Shown piece after piece: positions 26,613 to 40,800 of a DNA stretch of 64,000 bases. Made by a program: the position numbers and the translations under genes. Origin of the DNA: Paraspadella gotoi (Eukaryota; Animalia; Chaetognatha); assembly GCA_051294375.1 (NCBI GenBank), contig CM119266.1:11675609-11739608 (forward strand), given 5' to 3'. Below the pieces are notes generated by a model. The model was not told the DNA's origin. It ran no database searches and saw nothing but the letters and a program-made list of their open reading frames with translations. How positions within the stretch are numbered: position 1 is the first letter of the stretch; every line of letters starts with the position of its first letter.

Positions 26613-26769
26613 CATTGTAGTCGGGCATTGCAAAGTTCACCCCGCCTTCAGTCGTGACCCGGTGGCTCATTGAGTAAAGCCATCAGTTCAAGACTACTTG
26701 GTACCGGGATACGACTGAAGGTGTCATGCTTAGGCGGGGTTAACTTATTCAATGCCCGACTACGCAATG
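26613..26769. mobile_element. ~160-bp foldback element (MITE-like or structured ncRNA) with nested inverted repeats
   Basis: GTAGTCGGGCATTG (26617-26630) pairs perfectly with 26750-26763; ACCCCGCCT (26639-26647) with 26732-26740; CCTTCAGTCGT (26645-26655) with 26711-26721; CCCGGT (26658-26663) with 26703-26708. GC-rich island in AT-rich flanks; no clear TSD. Re-copied at ~34290-34450. Confidence 0.5.
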
Positions 26770-27361
26770 TTCCTTTTAGTTTTTAAAATATAATCTATNN
26801 NNNNNNNNNNNNNNNNNNNNNNNNNNNNNNNNNNNNNNNNNNNNNNNNNNNNNNNNNNNNNNNNNNNNNNNNNNNNNNNNNNNNNNNNNNNNNNNNNNNN
26901 NNNNNNNNNNNNNNNNNNNNNNNNNNNNNNNNNNNNNNNNNNNNNNNNNNNNNNNNNNNNNNNNNNNNNNNNNNNNNNNNNNNNNNNNNNNNNNNNNNNN
27001 NNNNNNNNNNNNNNNNNNNNNNNNNNNNNNNNNNNNNNNNNNNNNNNNNNNNNNNNNNNNNNNNNNNNNNNNNNNNNNNNNNNNNNNNNNNNNNNGGGGA
27101 GGAGGGAACTTTCTTACATGAAGAAATTTGTATTTAAATTTTACATTCTACAATAAACATTTAATGTAATCAATGGAAGATACCTAATAAGGAAAAACAA
27201 TAACATTTTATCGCAATTGAACTCGGAGAAAAGTAGAAAAAGTAAAGGTTTTCTCTTTATTTCTTTTTTCCCTATCGATTCTTCTCTTCAACTAATCGCT
27301 CTTTCGCACTTTCGCTCTCTCTCTCTCTCTCTCTCTNNNNNNNNNNNNNNNNNNNNNNNNN

Positions 27362-27415
27362 CGAGAGAGAGAGGGAGAGGAGAGAGGAGAGAAGAGAGAG
27401 AGAGAAGAGAGAGAG

Positions 27416-27446
<31 letters not shown>

Positions 27447-27794
27447 TTATGATTATACACTTCAACTTGACACGGCCAAGTCTTTTCATTCACCCTCATT
27501 TATTTCATTATTATGCGAACCGATATTCTCATGTCTCAGACTCTAGACGGCGATATAAAAGTTTTCTCTGCGTTTTCTTTTCAACGTGTCAAGATATCCA
27601 TTAGATTAAACAAAACAATTAAAAATTAATAACTTAAAAAAAAAGAAAAGAATTAAAAAAAAATGTTGTTCTCGTCGCAGATCGACGATCGGACTCGTTA
27701 AATGACGCGAGAGAGAATCGGAGAGAGAAAGATTGAGAGCGAGAGAATTAAACAAGAGGCGCGACACAGTTTAAAGAGAAATACGGAATAGAGA

Positions 27795-27875
<81 letters not shown>

Positions 27876-28314
27876 GAGAGAGGAGAGATATCGATACCGA
27901 TTCTGAAGTGGAAATCTTCAAGTTTCGCCGAATTCGTAAACCGGAAGTCCTTCCTCATTTGATTCATTTCGAGAGGAAATGAAATTGTTTTTTTTCATTC
28001 TTCTTCTTCTTCCCTTTTTATTCTCTTCCTCTTCTTTCCCCTTCTTCTTATCTCTCCCCATCTCCTTCCTTTCTTCTTAAACATTGTCGGAGAGGGGGAC
28101 TCGACCAGAAGTTATTCTCCCCGAGGCGTGACAGATTCGAAAAGTCGATTTTCAGATGGGAATGATGATCATAATCATGATTTTTGCTCCCGGGAGAGTT
28201 GCATGATTATGATCATAATACGAAGAGAGAAAAATAAATATACAATGGTTTGTTGATTCGTAAAAATGCAGAATTGACGGGGAAAAGTTACAATTTTTGT
28301 TTCCCATCGTGAGT

Positions 28315-28364
<50 letters not shown>

Positions 28365-28556
28365 AGAGAGAGAAGAGAGAGAGGGGGGCGACGTGGCAAC
28401 TTTAGACAATATATTAGCAGATTCGATAACGAAATATATTTTTTTACAAACGCATTATCATATTTACAAATTATTGGACATGTTCGACTTTTTTTGATTC
28501 TCATCAGACATGAACAGTTGTAATTTTTTCCATCATAGTTGGGGAGAGAGAGAGAA

Positions 28557-28592
<36 letters not shown>

Positions 28593-28910
28593 AGAGAGAA
28601 AGGAAGGTCAGCAGAAGGAGAGGCGGGGGAGTGTTTGAATTATTTAAAATCTCTAGAATATCTATTTATTTAGTTGACTAATATCTGTTAAAGTTCTCCG
28701 CGTCGCCCATTGAGCGGCAATCGCGTATCTCTCTCTATTAGTTGACAGATGTTGACGGCGCGTACAGGAGAGTCCAGAAGGGCGTGACGTAGATGAAGAC
28801 GAAATGACGCGAGACGCTGGCCTGCGCCTCGAGACAAAACTGAAGGTATAAAAGAAGGACCAAAGAAAAAATTAAAAGAAAAAAGAAGAAGAAGAGAAAG
28901 AAAGAAGAAA

Positions 28911-28941
<31 letters not shown>

Positions 28942-30527
28942 AGAAGAAAGAAAGAAGAAAGAAGAAAGAACATAAGAAAGAAAGAAGAAATGAAGGAAAG
29001 AAAGAGGAAATTAAAAAAAGAAAATTAAAACAATAAAAACCCCGCTTTTATTTTGCGCTTGGCTTAACATCGTCATGATCGTCATCAATCATCGTCGTCG
29101 TTGACTTTTCATGAGTCCGAGAGAGGACGCGGACGGGTATCGGGTGACGCCAAAGCCTCGACGGCAAATCGAAATGGCGGCTTCGCTCGGCCACGGATGG
29201 CGTGGGATCGTGGCGTGGGGATCGTGGCGTGGGGATCGTGGCGTGGGGAACAGCGGTGTTTCGAGGGAGGACATTGTAAAAATATGGGGAGAATGACAAT
29301 TCAGCTTTTGTTGGAAATATGAGTATTTGCTTTACGATATTGTATCGGTATGGAATGTTATAATGAAACGTCATACGATGCCAAAAAATCGACAATGCAG
29401 GATACTGCGGTTCCTTGCGATTCTATTCAAGTTCTTTGCATTTAAACCATAATAAAGATTGCATTTAAGGTAAAGCAAAAAAAAAGAAAAAGACTGAGGA
29501 AGATCAAAGAATAGAAAAGGATAATAGATGAAAAGGACATTGGAAAACGTGCCACAATAAAGATCAAAGACAATGAAAAAGAAGTAAAAGAGAGAAATAG
29601 AGAATCGCCCAGAATGACGAAGTAACAGAAGGGAAGAAATGGCAGAAAAGATTTGAGGCAGAGATTTTTTTTTTTTTTTTAAGCCGAAACCAACTCCTCC
29701 TATTTTCGTTTTCATGTCAGAAGAAAACTCATCCACTCTGCGCCCCGAAAACGGCCAAGGCGACGCCGGCATCGCCAGCGGCTGGATCAAAGTGGCAGCG
29801 CGGCTGGCGCGGGCGGCCGCTGGCGAACGAAGAAGGACAAGAGAGAAATTAAAAGACGGAAAACGATGAGATTCGCGGAAAAAATAAACTTGTTAAACAA
29901 AGAGAAACACAAGGAAGAGAAATAGAAAAAACCGTTTAAATAATGAAGAAAAAAATAAAATCCAACATGAGATTGTGTTGGCAGGAATGAAATAAAGAAA
30001 AGAAAAATAAGAAAAGGAACAAGAATGAAAAAAAAAAAGGAAGAAGGAAAAATTCTTGTTGAAAAAAATGTTAGTTTTGATCCTTCACTTGGTAATGACC
30101 CAAGTTCAATACAACTTGAACTGAGGCATTATAAATGAATAATACATTTTTCTTTTGATTGTAATATTCACTCTGGAAGGGAGATTTAGAAATTGATTAA
30201 AAAATTACGATTAATCTCGAACAACTATAACGCGCATACTACTACTAACGATACCCTCATTATACCTACAATGCGACTTTAAAGCCACACTGTCTCTCTG
30301 AAAAACCCTTTAGAAAAATTCCAGTTTTCCATATTCATTATTCATTCTCGACGTTTTTTTTTATTCGTCTGTTTTTTTACTTTTATAATGAGAGAGATTT
30401 TTCGCTTTTCCTTTCTCTTTCTCTCTAGATTTCGTCCATGATGGAGAGAGATTAGAACATCTTCCTCATTCCTCTGATGAGGCTCCCGAGATTTCTAGCG
30501 AGAGATAAGAGAGAGAGAAGAGAGAGA

Positions 30528-30572
<45 letters not shown>

Positions 30573-31666
30573 AGAGAGAGAGAGAGAAGAAGAGAGAGAG
30601 ATTCACTTATGGAAAAATATGAGGAAATGATGAAAAATGCATCGCCTCTTTCTCGCCGACGAGGACGACGACGACGACGACAAGACGACGACGAACGCCG
30701 TCCCATATCTCGGAAGCCGGCACGCAGTCAGCAGAAAACTCCAAGGGTGCCGGAGCCGGCGGGCGAATTCGGCGCTGAAGACGATGGCACATGCGCTGCC
30801 GCCCTGCGCCGCTTTCCGCTTGCATGTACCGCCATTTAGTACTTAGTCCGACAGCTTTCATGTTGGAAAAACCGAAATTACAAACCGATTTCTCCGGTAA
30901 TCAACCGACTTTCACCTCAATCTGTCTTCTCATTCCAATATAATTTCCTTACCACAAATCAAACACTAATTCCCTGCCCCAACCCCCTCCCCTTGATTTC
31001 ACCTTTCACGCTCAATTATTCTCTGCCTTTCTTCGCGACGCGCTCGAACGATAAGAGCAAGAGAGCCGGAATGCGTGTTCGGCAGCGGAGCGTGCACGCT
31101 CTCGCACCACTATCGTTGCGTAAGACTCGTCATCGTCGGTGGCGATGAGACACCGTAATTAATTTATAGGTGGCGCGCTCTGTTTTGTTTTTTTTTTCAG
31201 CTTTGGTATGACGCTTGTATGGATGCAAAAGCGTCAGTGGGGCGCCACCCTAACCATCACCACGCGCACCCCGGCCGACGCCCCGCAGCCGCAAGCGCCC
31301 GTGCCGCAGCGATTTGCTTTTTTCTCTTGAATATTCATCGTAATTTTCTGATTTTCCTCTATATTTGCGATTTTAGCGAATTTTTCGTCTCCTTAAATTG
31401 CGTCGTTTTTAGATTAATTTAAATTAATTTAACCGAAATCATTTTTTCAAAAAAGGAATTTTTAGCGGGAAAAAAATTTCGCGTCTCCAAATTTCCATTC
31501 CTTCCTTCCTTCCTTCCTTACTTCCTTCTTCTTCCTTTCTTTCTTTCTTTCTCTTTCTTTCTTTCTCTTTCTTTTTTTTTCTTTCTTTCTTTCTTTCTTT
31601 CTTTCTTTTTTCTTTCTTTTTTCTTTCTTTCTTTCTTTCTTTTCTTTCTTTATTTCTTTCTTTATT

Positions 31667-31703
<37 letters not shown>

Positions 31704-32062
31704 TTTCTTTCTTTTTTTCTTTTTCTTCTTTCTCTTCTCTCTTTTCATTCCCTCCGTCTTTCTAAGAATGTCTTTCTCTCTCTATCAGCCAAAGATCCGC
31801 CGCGCCCACCCGGCTCCGCGCAGCGCCGCCCTCGTTTCTCCGGCGTCAATGATTTAAGGCCCAAGAATCGGACGGGAACGAGCTCGAAAATTGAAAGAAA
31901 GGCAAAGACTGGAAAATCCATGGGCCAAAAGCCTGGAAAGGACGTTGAGGGAGAGGGGGGCGTGGGGTGGGTTGGAGATCGGGAAATGAAGATTTCTTTG
32001 TTACCCGCCCTCTATTTAGAGAGAGAGAGAGAGAAGAGGAGAGAGAGGAGAGAGAGAGAGAG

Positions 32063-32110
<48 letters not shown>

Positions 32111-34026
32111 CCCGAACAGAGGGCGAAAAGGGAAAAAGGAAAAAAAGAGTGGGCCCGGTCCTCATGGGTTATGATTATGGTGTTTCTCTCTCATGTTTGA
32201 TGGAGCTTGAACACGAAAGGGACGCGATGTCTCTAGTTGTCTCCTCTTGTAGCGAACACGCAAAAGGGGAATAAGGCGTCAAAAAAGATCATGCGCGTCA
32301 TTTGTTGACGTTTTTCTTCGGGCGGAGCGAAAAGAAAAAAAAAAAATCGAAACGGAACAAATATATAAAGAGAATATAACTGTTCTCTTTCCTTCTTCGT
32401 TTTTATTGTTTCGAATAATTGTCATTTCTTCTCTTTCGAGGCGGTTAATTTCGCGCCGTCCACGACGGGGACGACGACGACGACGACGACACTGACCTCG
32501 AAGTCAGAAGTCATCTAAAAATCAGGAGATGATTAAAAAAAAAAAAAAAAAACTGTTTTCGAAGATAATGAGAGCGAATATAAACCAAACATGATTTTTT
32601 TTCTTAACCTTTAGCGTCTCATAAAATTAACGTTTAATTGACTGTTAATGTTTATATGAGAAACGACAACTCTGATTCAATGTCCTCATTCGAAACCTTA
32701 TTACTTTATTTGCCCATCGAGAAAGAGTTAAGACGACGACGACGACGAACTCAGTTTCCAGTTTCGGCGCCGACTTCCGGTGCCAGCGCCGCTAAGGACG
32801 ACGATTTGTTCCAAAGGACGCACGTGGGAATTCCGGCGACGCCGGTTCGCGGCGCGTGAGGAGTTTGACCAAACGAGGTCACGTGATCGAAAAGGAATAA
32901 CGTCGGTCGTTGACGTGGGAATGACGTCACGTGGGCAGAGTGAATGACGTCGAGTGAATGGTGGAGCGGACGTGAGTATTTTAAATTGATAGGGGGCGTT
33001 GATTCAATGTCATAACCCAAAAGACTGTTAAAAAAGAAATAACAAAAAACAAGAAAAAACGACCACATTTCGACTTTCTATTTGACCACTGTGATCTGAG
33101 CCACGCCAGCAACCGCAGCCCGCTGCCTTCAACGCCGCCGAAGTCGCTGCCGCAGCCGCTGCCGCAAACCGCCGCAACCGCCGCCGCCGACATGAATCAG
33201 TCGGCGATGAGGAATTCTTGAGAGTCTCTTTTATCCTGAACGATTGGCGTCGGGGGTTCCACCGACATCCCTGGTCCTCTAGATTCAATCGCGCCACCCT
33301 ACTTTTTAACAGAACTTCTTTAGCTTACTAGTTACCACTGCATCGTCCTCGTGACGGCGTCTTCCGCTGAAGGACACATTCTTAAATTTCTCCAGTTTTC
33401 TAACTTCTGCAAAATGGCACTTAATTTTCAGAATCATCTTACCATATTTACTTTTTTCCTCTTTTTCCCCATCACAGACTCGAGAATATCCTTTAGCCAA
33501 TGTTTAAATATTCATCATTTTGTAATATTACGATTTTCTAACTCGAAGAAAATAATGGAGAAAAAAGGAGGAAAGGAGTCAGGAGAGAAAGAAAAGAAAG
33601 GGATGGAAAATAAAAGATGAAAAAGTAGAAAGAAGGAGAAAGGAAAAAGAAGCAGAGAGAGGGACAACGAGATAGAAATGAAAGCAAAAAAAAGCAAAAA
33701 AAATTGCAAGACAGAAAGAGGAAGCAGATATCTAGAAAGGAAGAGGAAAAAAGGAATGCGAGGCGCGAGAGAGAGAGAGAAAGAGAAGGGATGGAAAAGA
33801 GGAGGCAGGCAAGTGGAGATTAAAATCTTTTCGGGTTCCCGACCGCCGCGAAAAGGAGCCATAAGTAAAAGAGGAAGAAGAATTTGCCGCGGGAGAATTT
33901 GGCGGAAAGAGGGGGCGGTGGGGCGGGGGGGGAAAACGGGGGTGGAGGGGGGGAAAGGGTGACCGCCCTCTTATAAGATTCGGAGGAAAATGGCGAGATT
34001 AGAGACGGACGGACTTTTACGGAGAG

Positions 34027-34111
<85 letters not shown>

Positions 34112-34573
34112 TTGGTCCACGATAATGGAGGCAGGGAATGAATATCGGGTAGATTCAGCTTAAATTCAGCTGAGATTAAGTTCGCTTTAAAAAGAAAATA
34201 AAGAGGAGTCTTTGAAAATGAAAATAAAACTTATGCACAAGTTCTGCGCTCTCCCAACGTTTAACTATTATTTACTCATATTTTGAACCATTGTAGTCGG
34301 GCATTGCAAAGTTCAACCCCGCCTTCAGTCGTGACCCGGTGGCTCATTGAGTAAAGCCATCAGTTCATGACCACTAGGTACCGGGATACGCACTGAAGGT
34401 GTCATGCTTAGGCGGGGTTAACTTAATTCAATTCCCGACTACCGAATGTTCCTTTAGTTTTTAAAATATAATTTATAAATTTAATTACACAACATATTGA
34501 ACTTTAACTGAGTTATAACCGAAGGACCGACGTCACGGACGCCATCTTGGAATCCCTGTAACGACAAACCCTC

Positions 34574-34654
<81 letters not shown>

Positions 34655-35050
34655 AGAGGAGGAGGAGCGAGAAAGGAAAGAGAAAAGGAAGGAAATCTCA
34701 ATCATTTGTCTCCGGTATCCATGAGAGTCAGCGAAAACGTTTAATTGGACATCTCGGTCCCCAGATGGGGAGGAAGTTTGACTATCAGGATGTGAATCGG
34801 GGGGAGGAAATTAAAGGAGGGTGGGAGGGGTAAGGGGGAGGAGGGAACTTTCTTACATGAAGAAATTTGTATTTAAATTTTACATTCTACAATAAACATT
34901 TAATGTAATCAATGGAAGATACCTAATAAGGAAAAACAATAACATTTATCGCAATTGAACTCGGAGAAAAAGTAGAAAAAGTAAAAGGTTTTCTCTTTAT
35001 TTCTTTTTCCCTATCGATTCTTCTCTTCAACTAATCGCTCTTTCGCACTT
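27362..35050 (+). other. Direct, indel-rich copy of 12160-12486 + 16600-22660 + 26445-27336; probable over-filled gap
   Basis: Follows the 25-N gap 27337-27361. Colinear landmarks: 27446=12161, 27888=16601, 30600=19222, 32740=21260, 34121=26444, 34836=27096. Differences are mostly homopolymer or single-base indels. Confidence 0.9.
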
Positions 35051-35055
35051 GTTTC

Positions 35056-35092
<37 letters not shown>

Positions 35093-35094
35093 AT

Positions 35095-35133
<39 letters not shown>

Positions 35134-35778
35134 TCTCTCTCTACCTACTCTGCTTCCTCGCCCCCCTCCTCTCTTACTCTCTCTTCCTTCTCTCTCTCCC
35201 TCCGCATTGGTCCGAAAGGACCCCCCCCTATAATTTGCGTCGAACATCGGCCGCCAAATTCGATTTTGCCCGCAACATGGAATCAAATTCGTTTTCGCAA
35301 AGACTTCAAATAGAATCGGCCGCCGAAGCCGGCCAACGTGGACGAGGACGACGACTAAAACGACGATAACGACGCCACTTTAAGCGAAAGGAAAAACAAA
35401 AAAACCTTCCCCCTTTTTTTCGGCTGAGGAAACACGATAATGCGTCACGCTAATTAGAGGGTAAGTATCCTCGTCGTCGTCGTCGTCGTCGTCGTGGGTC
35501 GTTCGCTCCGGGTGAGTCGACGTGGGAGGACGGGCGACATCTCCCACTTACCTTTTCCCAAAAACCTTACCTTTTTTTTCCTTCTAAGTCCTAACTTCCC
35601 CGGAGTCTAACTCCGAGGGACTCTAATCAAAAATTGGGGAGGAGGGAAATCCGCGTCAAAGTCTAAAATTCTGGTTTTCGACGAAAAACGTAATTTGCGT
35701 CGTTAATAATTAACTTTTCGGCATTTACGAGAATCTTGAAATTGCGGTCGCCCAGGTTCGGATTAGCGACCATTAATA

Positions 35779-35971
35779 CAGAGATATGCCGATTTAACGA
35801 GGTTTTTCGAATGGTCTAACGTTTTATAGTGCTCTTTAAAGAATATTAAAGCTCTCTTTCTGTATAATGCCGATACAATACCGAGTACAATCAAAAGACC
35901 TTTTGACGATTCGTTAAATCGAAAATTAGTCCGAAACTCTCTCTTTCTCTCGTTAAATCGGGCGTTTTATG
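35779..35971. mobile_element. Degenerate pogo/Tigger-like MITE relic
   Basis: Starts TA|CAG; 13-bp inverted repeat CCGATTTAACGAG (35789-35801) / CTCGTTAAATCGG (35949-35961), plus an internal copy TCGTTAAATCG (35911-35921). The outer TIR bases are decayed. Confidence 0.45.
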
Positions 35972-36396
35972 ATACAGCACGACATTCCGCGGCAATTAAC
36001 TTTAGCGTTCGGACTTCCTTCTATTCGTAATTCCGGTTTTTCGCTCGAGGCGCGACGACTGTAAACGGAGATGTACAGGGGGAACCGAAAAGAAAATCGA
36101 TGCTGGTCAAAACGATCGTCCGCTCGAGGACAATAAGTGGACACCAATTGGTCTGCAATTGCAACTGGCATCGGAGTCCGCGTTCTGGCGACGCCTCGGG
36201 TCAGGAATGACGCGATTTTGGCGTCCAAAATCCGAGGATCATTCGATTCTAAAGGATAAACTTCTGTCGCTTTAAACGGTCAAATAGCGAAGACGCATCT
36301 TTCTTCGATCGCGACACATGTAATCTGATCGAGACTGTCATTGTTGAAGTCGTCGTCGTCACCACGCGACCACGAAAATGGTCCCCCGCCCCTCGC

Positions 36397-36429
<33 letters not shown>

Positions 36430-37062
36430 GTCACGAAGAGGATTTGGTTTTTCGAACTTCGACCGAAATTTTCCTTTGTTTTCGCGGATTTGAGGAAAAA
36501 AGGTTAAGGAGTAAGGTTACAAGCCTTTGAGGTAAGGGTCGATGGAGTGATGCTGCGGGGTTTGAAAAAAATGGCAAGCGACTCTTTTTGAGGCTGGGAA
36601 TGGTAAGGAAATCGGAGTTAGGGGGTTCGCGTTAAGTATCCAGGTCAAGACTCTTGACAAGCGCTCTCTTCGTTTCGCATCATGGCGAGGATTTTGCGTT
36701 GGATTGTGGCTTGAAAGAGGATCTCTTCATAATACAAATCGTCCGACATCTTGGTGCGAAAAGCTTCAACTTTCTCAATCACTCTCACTCTCTCACTCTC
36801 TCACAATCAGTATCACTCACTATTCGCGGTTTTCTCTCACCCCGAGGGCGGAGGCGTCTAGGTGACGTCTTTGGCGCCCTGAGAAATGGATTCCGACGGA
36901 GAAGAAGAAAAATAAAAAGAACAAAAAAAGAACAAAAAAAAAAACAGTTGAAGAGAAAGAAGAAGAAGGAGAATACAAAAAGAAATAGAAAAAGAAATAA
37001 GGAATAAGAAAAATGATAAGAAGATTTGACGATGAAATGATGGTCGCGATTCTGTCAAGAAC

Positions 37063-37190
<128 letters not shown>

Positions 37191-37840
37191 GTTCCGCCTC
37201 CGGAAAAACTAATTCCCAAAGTTATGGAAAATGTCTGGCGAGAGGAGAGACGCCCTCGAGAGAAGACGCTGAGGCGCGCCTACAACAGCGCCGCCCTTTG
37301 CGTGAATTCGTGCAACTTGAGCCAGATCCGCCCAGTTTGAGGTTTTGTGAATCTCTTTTATTGTGTAGAGGCGCCCCAAAACGATTACACGGCGCCAGGG
37401 TGAGCCCATCTTTCAGCAGACATATATATAGTCAGCATTCGAGTCGCGTTTGACTTTGTAAAATAAAAACTCACGCTTTCACGCGCTATAAGGATTTAAA
37501 GACAAAGCGACGGAGTAAGGAACGAAAAGAAATAACAGATTGTAAGTTTTGGCAAAGCAACTTTCAGTATTTTTTTTCCCCGACGTCGTCGTCGTCGGCA
37601 GTGTCAACGTGAAAAATCGCGCCTCTCGACTTCCACCGGCGCCGAGAGACGCTCGATTCCGGCGCGCAGAGATCGACGCCCACGAAAGTAATCTCGGCGC
37701 CGTCAAAGCGCCGAAAATTGGCGTCGGCGGCGTCGCCGGCTTGGAAAACATCAACGGGGTCGGTATTTGGTTGAATCAACGAAAAAAACATTTTGCCTCT
37801 CCATCCTTGTTTACGAACAAGACAGAGATGACGCAGAGAG

Positions 37841-37874
<34 letters not shown>

Positions 37875-39405
37875 CGACAGAGAGAGAGAGAGGAAGAGAG
37901 AGAGAGAGAGAAGAGAGAATTATTTCGGGTGCGAGGTTAAACAATGACCCATCCTTCATTGTTATATCGAAAAAGGCTTTGGCAGGCCAAATACGGTTAT
38001 GGGCGAGAATGATGAGACGTCGCGGGCGTAGGGGGGGGGAGAGTGAACAAATGGTTAAGGGAAATGTGGCCGGAGAGTAAGGATGGGGTGAGGTAGAGGG
38101 AATGGAAAGACGACGTCCGCAGGATGAGCTATCGTTGCCCGAATCGAATCGGGGATTTCGTTTGAACTCACCATTTTTCGTTTTGTTCGGTTGTGATTGA
38201 ATCGTGAATGACGATCAATGTGCTCGCTAGATTTTGAGTGGAATAAAAATGGAATTGGCGGAAATGAAATTGTTAGAATGTGAGCCGTTTGGTAAATGGG
38301 AGGGTGTTAGAGTGAAGTTGGGGAAGGGGATTCGGGCGACCGGCAGCGGCGGCGGCAGCGGCGGCGGCTAGCGGCGGCGGCCAGCGGCGGCCGCGGCATT
38401 TCGAGTGTCACTCAACTCCGCCCCAACCGAATTCGCTGGAGATGAATCGACGCGTCTGCGGGCGTCAACTCTCGACGACGACGACAAAAAAAAAAAAACA
38501 ATGAATAAAAAAACCTAAACTACTACAAAGTCTAGAAAGGTGAGCAAGTAGAAAATCTGATGACAATAAAAACAATGATGGTGGTAAAGAGAATCGGATT
38601 GCATATGAAGTATTCACGATGATAATTTTCATTTACGAACTACCCGAATGGGACAAAAATTAGTTAAGCAACTTTGAACAGTTTTACCAAATAACAACAA
38701 GGACGACGATAACGAGGATCTCGCGCGCGACAACTGGCGCCGAATTCAGGTGACCAAACGGGATTCGAGCGTGGACGGAGAGCCGCGCCTTTGATGACGA
38801 GAGAAGAGAGAGAGAGAGAGAGAGGACGAGAAGAGAGATGACGAGAGAGAGAGAGAGAGAGCGGGAGAGAGGAGAAGGAGAGAGAGAGAAGAGAGTCCCG
38901 TTACTCAAGCGAGATCGAAAAATCGATCAGGATTACTTTCATCCCAAAACGTCAGGAACCAGATGTTCTGCGACGACTCCAATTTATTCGGGAAACCTTT
39001 CCTCTTTCTTATTGTTCTTCGTCCTTTCTTGATTCTCTTCGATTGGAGGGATCATTCACTGCATTAATTTAGAGAGAAGACAAGAGAGAGAGAGAGAGAG
39101 AGCAGCAGGAGATGATGAGAGACAACGAGAGGAAGAGAGAGAGAGGGCAAATTGACTTTTACAATATCGTCGTCGTCGTTGACGATAAAAGAGAACCGAC
39201 TAGATCCTTTTCTCGAGTGAGTCAGCGCCACGGGGTAAGTTTTTTCCGAAAGAGTAAGTAACGCGCCTGGAGACGTTAGGGAAGGGAGACAGTTTGAGAG
39301 AAAGAGAGAAAACGACAGAGAGCGAGAGACGAAAAAAAAACCCAATAATCGTGGGTCGTCTCTGTCCTCTTAGAAAAAGGGAGACACAGACGGGTTCATA
39401 AAACA

Positions 39406-39513
<108 letters not shown>

Positions 39514-40760
39514 TAAGTATGTATTATTATTTCTTTTTTTGCTGCTATCGAATGTCGCCAGATTATCCGGCCTCCATTTTTGATGTATGAGGATTTTTCA
39601 TGTTCGACTTTTTCGGATCGATACTTGAGATTTTGAGAGGCGGAATAGGGGGAGTCGGGTTTTCGGGGGAGCGTGGTAGGAAAAAAAATAGTAAGAGAGA
39701 AAGAGGGAAGAGGGGAAGGAGTAAAGAGGAAAGGGGGGAGAAGGAAAAAAAAGTGTCAATGAGAGGAAGGGAGCAAGGGAAAGGATAGAAACCCGGAGGA
39801 ACAGAGAGGAGGAAGAGGAAGACAGGAAATAAAACCTGGGAGGTAAATGAGGTTTGACCCATTTGGATCATATATTTTCGCTCGTTTAGTCAGGAAATTA
39901 ATTAATGAAGTCGTAAATCACGAAGAATATATCTTTGTTTTTCTATTATTTTCCTAAATCCAAATGAGAAGAAAATCCGATTTCGGTGAACCCGAAAAAA
40001 AAAAAGAAATAAAGAAAAGAGAAATAAATAGGAGATGTTAAAGGTGACGTCAGAGCGAATAATTCGATCTCGGATGCCAAGACACGAATTTAATCATGAT
40101 CCGGGTCTCGGGATTTTTTCGATCGAGATTCGTATCGAACAAAAGACCATCGAACGTAAAGACTGGGGAGATAAAAAAAGAGTTAAAATGAAAAAAAGGG
40201 AACACAGATGTTCTTTAATCGCATTATGTCAGGCTTAGGTCATGTTTGATAGAATAAGACGTTAAGTTTCAACGAAAATAAGTTTAGAAAATTATAAAAA
40301 GTAATACTTTGGACAGCTAAGGTGGGTTAAGGGATGCATCTCTATCACTAAAGGTTTTTGTCATTATCTTAGACTCAAAGCTTGGTAAAGCTGTACGTCA
40401 AATAGCAATCAAACGCATTTGATGGAAAATCTCCTACAAAAGTGAGGCTCATACGAACCCAAAGCCACTCTTCATCCAACATTTCCATTCCCTCTTTATC
40501 CCTCATTAAAAAGAATTTAATCGAGAATTTTCGTTAAACAAACATCCAAAATACGGGCGCCCCTTTCTCTTTTCAAGGGCCGTGCGTACGCCACGCACAA
40601 AGCGGACGACGACGAAGACGACGACGACTGCGGCCAGAAATGAACAAAGAAATCGATCCTTAATTCAGTTAATGAAAAATCGATACAAAAAAAAATTCGT
40701 CCGTAAAAAACTGACTCTTGAATTATATGTTGAAACCGTAAAAAGCCGAATCGGTCAGGT

Positions 40761-40800
<40 letters not shown>

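Noticed and set aside
26660-26705. Hammerhead ribozyme or tRNA in the foldback head (minus strand GTC..CTGATGG; plus strand D-arm-like TGGCTCATTGAGTAAAGC)
   Set aside because: The core reads CUGAUGG rather than CUGAUGA and there is no GAAA after the candidate stem II. There is no proper T-arm or acceptor stem for a tRNA.
28410-28640. Apparent 230-bp insertion unique to the second copy
   Set aside because: It looks like a very noisy re-read of the immediately preceding segment (16920-17190 equivalent, including its AG tract).
27362-35050. Recent 7.7-kb tandem segmental duplication
   Set aside because: It starts at a 25-N spacer and differs from the first copy mainly by homopolymer indels, so an over-filled gap is more parsimonious.
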